Shown one piece after another: positions 55,701 through 64,000 of a stretch of 64,000 nucleotides of DNA. The notes under the pieces are model-generated. The model did not search any database. It saw nothing but the letters and a program-made list of their open reading frames with translations, and was not told where the DNA came from. This stretch comes from the human T2T-CHM13v2.0 reference genome, Homo sapiens. The position numbers and the translations under genes are program-made. How positions within the stretch are numbered: the first letter of the stretch is position 1; every line of letters begins with the position of its first letter. The stretch lies in assembly GCF_009914755.1 (NCBI RefSeq), contig NC_060930.1, one strand, 5' to 3'.

Positions 55701-57499
55701 AAGAGGCTCTTGATCAAAAAACGTGATCACTTTAAGCCAACAATTTCTAATTACCTGCAACTCCTCCACTGGTAGATAATAACATATAATATATAGACAT
55801 GTATGGTTTTTTCCCCCATTAACTTTGGCTTCATTGGTTATTTCCTCCTTTATGAAATATCCTTTGAAAACAAGGCAGAAAATTGAAGACAGAAAAAAAA
55901 AACCCCAAAAACGCAGAGCTTTCTTTTCCTATTTAGTGATGGGATCAGGTGGTTGTATGTCTGCTGTCTATACATTGCAAGAGAAATAATAAATAGAATA
56001 ATACTTTTCCTCTTAACTAAAAAAAATTTTACTTTTTTCTCTTTTTATAAATTTATTATACACTCCAGTCTGGGCTACAGAGTGAGACCCTGTCTCAAAA
56101 AAAAAAAAAAAAAACCTCAAATAAAAGAAGGAAAAAAATAAAATATATTATAGATCTATAGTTAGATTAGCTAACATTTTATTTTTGTATTTAGTATGTT
56201 CAAATCATATATTACAGCATCTTTATTAAATTCTAATATTTTAAAATATTTCACATGAAATAATGTTGATATATAGATAATAGACTATAATATCTTTGCA
56301 GATGTATGTAAGAATTACTTATAAAAATCATTACAAATTATAAAGTCTTATTTATTCATTTGCAGGTTATTTTTATTTATCAAATTAATGCCAGGTACTG
56401 TGCAGTTATTAGAGCTACAAAGACATGGATGGTCAAGAGATCACTTCGGCTACTGGGCGGGGAATGTATTGTGGAGTGAGACAAGAGTGGAGTCAGAAAG
56501 GCTATTGGAGAGGCTGTTAAGGAGTACAGTTTGTGAGAGGACCCAGGCAGGTAAACAAGGATTTTAGAAATACAAATTCAATGGGAGTGCAAAAGAAAAA
56601 GTGAATAACCAGTTTTCAACTTGATGATGCTGATTTATTATCAGAGTAAGATGAGAGAGGCTTTCATTTGTTCTCTGTGTGAGATGGCAAGATGGATGAA
56701 TCCCAGAAATTCAGCATGCTTGTGCAGACAGTGCTTGGGAGCATGCCTACCTGATTCAGTGTGAAATGAATAGGTGACCAAGAAAGAGAATCTTAGCACT
56801 ACTTGGTCTGTTGTGACCTTGGATACGTCGTGATATCACAGAGTCACCCTGGAGCTGGGGCAGGATTGGGTTTATAGGTGGGAAGATGAGGGGGGCTGAT
56901 GAGGGTGCGGCAGGAGGGAGGCATGGACTGTTATTTCCCATGCTGTTACCTCTGCTTAGAATTTTTTTTTTCTCAGTGTGAAAGAAAGGTCTAGCTCAAA
57001 TGTCATTTTTGGTGAAGGCTTCCCGGATTTTCCCTGCAGTAGTAATTATTCCCAATGTATTTTCTACATATGCATATTATAGTATTTATACCACATCTTA
57101 AATATTCATTTATGAAACTGTCATCTTTACTGAAATGTGAAAGTCTTCTAGGACTGAAACTATGTATTGTTTTTAATATCTACAGTGCCACTTACAGCAA
57201 TAGGAATATAGTAAGTAATTAATATGTATCTGTTAAGTGAAATTAATGAATCAGTATGTGGTTGTTCTCACAAAGTTTTTTTCTAGTGGATGGTGACCTT
57301 TTTGTTTTGTTATTTCTGTAACAAATAATAATAATGGCAATTGATGTGCTAGATACTGTTCTATGCCCTTTGTACATTATTAACTACTTTGATCCTCATT
57401 ATTAATCCTGTGAGTTAGGTAATACTATTATTCCCAATTTTACTGATGAGAAAAATTAGTAAGCTATAAATTTATATTTGTTTCCAATCTTCATTGTAT

Positions 57500-58350
57500 T
57501 TATTCAGCCAACAATTTTGAGTGTCTGCTTTGTGCCAGGTACCATTTTAGGTGTTAGTGGTTGCAGAGGTGAACGAAGTCCCTTCCCTCCTGGAGCTTAC
57601 ATTCTAGTGGCAGAAGACAAACAGGAACAAATACGTATATAAGCAAAATACTTCAACTAAGTGTTATGCGGTGACGATTAAGCGATGTGACAGAAGGGAC
57701 TGGGGAACTTCTATGAATCAGATGGTAGGAGGGGCCTTTCTGAGGATGTGACACTTAACATGAAGTCTGATTGACCAAAGGAGCCAGACATTGGATATCA
57801 AGGGGAGGTTCTCTGCGGCAAAGGGCAAAGCTAATGCAGCAATGCTTATGGCAGCAATGCTTATGGCAGCAATGAGTCTGGTGCTCCTAAGAGAGAATGA
57901 CCAGTGTGAAGAGAAGAAAAGTAGTATGGGCTGAGGCACCTGAGGTAAGCAGAGGTGAGGAAAGTTAGGGCTTGCTCTATAAGTCAAGGCAAGGGTAATG
58001 ATTTTTGTTTTGAGTGTGGTGGGAAGCCATTAGAAGGCTTAAAGGAGGGTGGTGGTGTTTTAAGAAGATCACGTTGGCTGCTGGGTGGAGAAAGTGTTGT
58101 GGAATGAGGCAAGAGTAGAATCAGAAAGGCTGCAGTATTTGAAGGGAATGATGATGGTTGCAGTAGAGGTTGTAACCAGTGGTTGGATACTGGTGTATGT
58201 TTTGGAGACAGGGTCTTAAGCACCTGTAGATGGATTTCATGTAGAAGGAGAAGGAAAGAGATGAATCAGTGTTGATTTCTAGATTTTAGGCTTGCAAACT
58301 GGGTGGCTGGTGGTGGTGTTACTAAGATGAAAAAGGCTTGGGGATGAGCA
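57500..58350 (-). mobile_element. L2 remnant
   Basis: ttgagtgtctgctttgtgccagg..., ggagcttacattctagtgg, gggaagccattagaagg: typical L2 3' segments. Confidence 0.65.
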
Positions 58351-59834
58351 GCTGGGGAAATGGGCAAACGGGCGCTCTGTGTGATTCGTGGTTTTTTCCT
58401 GAAGGGCTCAGCAACAGTTCAGAATTAAGAGAATGTAGGTGAATGGAATATTCTGCAGTTCAGTTTGCAAAGGGAGTTGAGGAGTTGACAACTTCGCAGT
58501 TGCACAGGAAAAGAGTTTACCAAAGTGGTGGAGAAGAAGAAAGAGTTCTGGTCCTGAAAGCCATGACGCATTTAAAGATTGCATTTACGTAAGGTGGGAA
58601 GAAGCTTGAAAGATGCGAGGGACTAAGACATGGGAATTTGAGATTTCAGATGTGAAACTTTTCTGGGTATTAATAAGGTCCAAGCTGTGATCATGGATAT
58701 GGATTGCTGAAATGGAGCAGAGGTAAAATCTTTAGAGTTTAAAATGTTAAGAACATGTGGTATTGTAGAAAAAAGTTGTTTTTATTTTTTAAATGGAGAT
58801 TGAAGTCCCAAAGAATAATGGAAGAAGCCAACGTAGAGGGAAGAAAGTAAGCAAGTGCCAAGATCATGAGAGGCAAGATTTGGAGGCTGGTAGATGACAA
58901 TCATGAGAAGATTTAGAGGGTGGTACAGAGGCATGGCATGCTTTTCAAAGACTTGTTCCAAGTGGAGTTGCTTTGATACAGAGGGGTGTAGGATAATGTT
59001 GTTCCTAGATTCCTTGGTAGAGGAAAGGGATCGTTCTTCAATAGGAAGGGCCCCCAGGGTGCTGGGTCCTAGTAGGGTGGGAAGTCTAGGTTTCAGTTAA
59101 TTCTACAAGTTCAGGGAACACTGTATTGAAGGTTTAGAGTATAGAGAAACTTGTTGATGAAAGAATGTAGACCCAAATGGAAGAATAAAAGAGAGTAAGC
59201 TGTAGGAGCATAGCAGAAGACTGAGCCATGAAAGAGAGGTGGAAGGTGTTGGGGGAGGACTGCAGGGAGAGGTCAGAGCAATATGTGGGGAGGATGGACT
59301 GCCAGAGAGAACTGCATCAGGACAGTAATAAGAGCTCTACAATTCTGCATAAAATTAGAAAACTTTGGGTTAAAATTGTTTGTAACAACTTGGTAGGATT
59401 AAAATCCTAGTTTCATACTACAGAGTACTTATTAAGGTACCTCTCCAGTGTATTAGAGACAACATAGCCAACATATCTAACTTAACATTACCAGTAATGG
59501 GACAAACTGAGTTGTGTTCCCTGATGTGATGCACTTGTAAGGACCCATCAGCAACCATGGAGCACTGTGGTCAAAAATATTTAACCTGAATCTAATCATA
59601 AGCAACAGGCTAATTCAAACTGAGGGGCATTCTTTAAAAACAATTTGCCTAGATTCTTCCCAAATGTTAATGTTACCAAAGGACCAAAAAGCTGAAAAAT
59701 AGTTTTAGATTAGAGGACATTAAGGAGAAAACAATTAAATCTAATATGTGATCCTTGATTGGATCCAGAATTGGAAACAAACAGAAAACAATAAAAAAAT
59801 CCCCCAATTCCGACTATAAAGGATGTTATTAGGA

Positions 59835-62380
<2,546 letters not shown>

Positions 62381-64000
62381 CAGGACAATTAGGGAAATCT
62401 GAATATGGCTTATATATAAGATATATAATATATAGACAATAATAGTGTTGGATCAATGTTCAACTACCCCAGTATGATAATTGTATTAAGGTTATAAAGA
62501 AGAATGCTTTTTTCTTACTAGATGCATGCTAAATTATTGAGAAATGAAGTATTATAATGTATTCAACTGACTCTCCAGTAATTCAGCAATATCTATATAT
62601 CTGTAATATCAATATCAATATCTATACAATATATTAATGTCTATTTCTCTTTATATTTAGAGAGCAAGAAAGCAAATCTTCAAATTTACCAACATAAGTT
62701 TCAAGATGTGATCAAAGTAGAAAAAAATTTCAATAATTACATTAAGCAAACACATTATTAAATAATTTAATCAATTTAGTAATTATTAAATTATTATTAA
62801 ATAAAATTATTTTAAGAGCTACATTAAAACCAATCACAGAGCAGTATTAATTTTTGAGGATTATTATTGTCTATTTCCAGCCGAATAATGAATCATCAGG
62901 ACTAATGATATTAATACCATAACATGCCTTATTTTACATCATGGAAGTCATCCAAATGGGCTGTGTGACAGATAGAGAAGTAAATATACTTTATTATTTA
63001 TGCAAATAAGTACTATTTGCTCATGCCAAAATACTGCCTTTATTAAAGAGGATAAAATAACTTCTTTAGATGGACTTTTTAAAAATTTCTTCCATATATC
63101 TATATCCTTCATGATGTCTTGGGTAGGAGTCTACAGGCAATATAGTGGAATTAAGGCCATAGGATGCACTACCTTGGCTCCTCACTTCCTTCTAGCCTTG
63201 AAAAGTGGAACAGTCACTAATTTACAAAATGTATGCTCTGTTCTTACTCTTAACAAGAGGGAGGGAGAGAGTCCCACAGGCAGCTCATGTAAGTTCTAGC
63301 TAAAAGGAGAATGCAGGTGGGAGCAGTATAAACAGGTGCCTCAAAAGTTGTCTCTTTCTGGGCAGTGTTGTTGTTATAGGTGCCCATCCATCTTGTACCA
63401 AGAGTACTACCCTGAGTACTAGATTACCAATTGTAGCTCAGGGGGCTACATGCAGTTTTTTTCCCTTTAATTTTAAGACGCTCTCCCCACTTAGTGGAAA
63501 ATATGCATTTTTGAGATGCATTTTGTCTTTGAGATAGAATCTGCCCCCACGACCCAAACACCTCCCACCAGGACCCACTCCAGCATTTTGGATTACAAGT
63601 CATCATGAGATTGGGGTAGGGACAAATATCCAAACTGTATCAGATCCCATGTGTCCCTAATTTCTTTTCTGTGTTAGAAAGCAGTTTACTAATTTAGCTG
63701 TGCTGTGAAAAATCCCTGAGAGGTTGTAGCAGTTTTACTGCTCCACGCCATCTGCATATCTCATCAGATCACACTACATAATCTCTTTGGGAAAAAGGAT
63801 GATGGGGCAAGACCAAAAGGGCCAGGCTAAAAGATAAAGCCACCAAATAGCTTTACAGGGATGTCAGTTCAGCACACACATAGGAGCATCAGGCAATGGA
63901 AGTGACATTCCAAACAACATGTCTTTTTCCTCTCCACACATTAAAAATGCTTCTATTAATTGAAAGCAGATAAAAGGTGAAATAATACAATGCACAGTAA

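Noticed and set aside
57836-57874. 15-bp tandem repeat gcagcaatgcttatg x2.6
   Set aside because: Small local slippage inside an L2 remnant; no sign of function.

Overview
Human (or very closely related primate) genomic DNA from the PRDM13 locus (6q16, MCDR1 / North Carolina macular dystrophy region). The only intact protein-coding gene is PRDM13 (+ strand, 4 coding exons: 30488-30631, 32194-32325, 32640-32760, 36485-38214). It encodes 708 aa with an N-terminal PR/SET domain and 4 C2H2 zinc fingers. The window also holds an RPS3 processed pseudogene (1-810), six CpG-rich islands and a typical mammalian repeat load (Alus, L1, L2, MIR, MaLR/ERVL LTRs, Tigger1, MER20, a full THE1 provirus). I found no wholly new gene system that I can support. 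The observations most worth following up are: (1) an upstream ATG that opens an out-of-frame ORF overlapping the PRDM13 start, which appears to correspond to an in-frame N-terminal extension in mouse; (2) a ~600-bp-arm AT-rich palindrome later split by an L1; (3) the two known NCMD enhancer hotspots, which project onto an old MLT1 LTR and onto an octamer-containing island between two MIRs; (4) an orphan triple-CCAAT CpG promoter with a 23-bp VNTR downstream of PRDM13; (5) a signal-peptide-like relic in an upstream orphan CpG island; (6) a double fold-back insertion scar in the RPS3 pseudogene. Repeat subfamily names, the mouse sequence and the disease-variant spacings are recalled from memory and need checking. 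Repeat boundaries are approximate.
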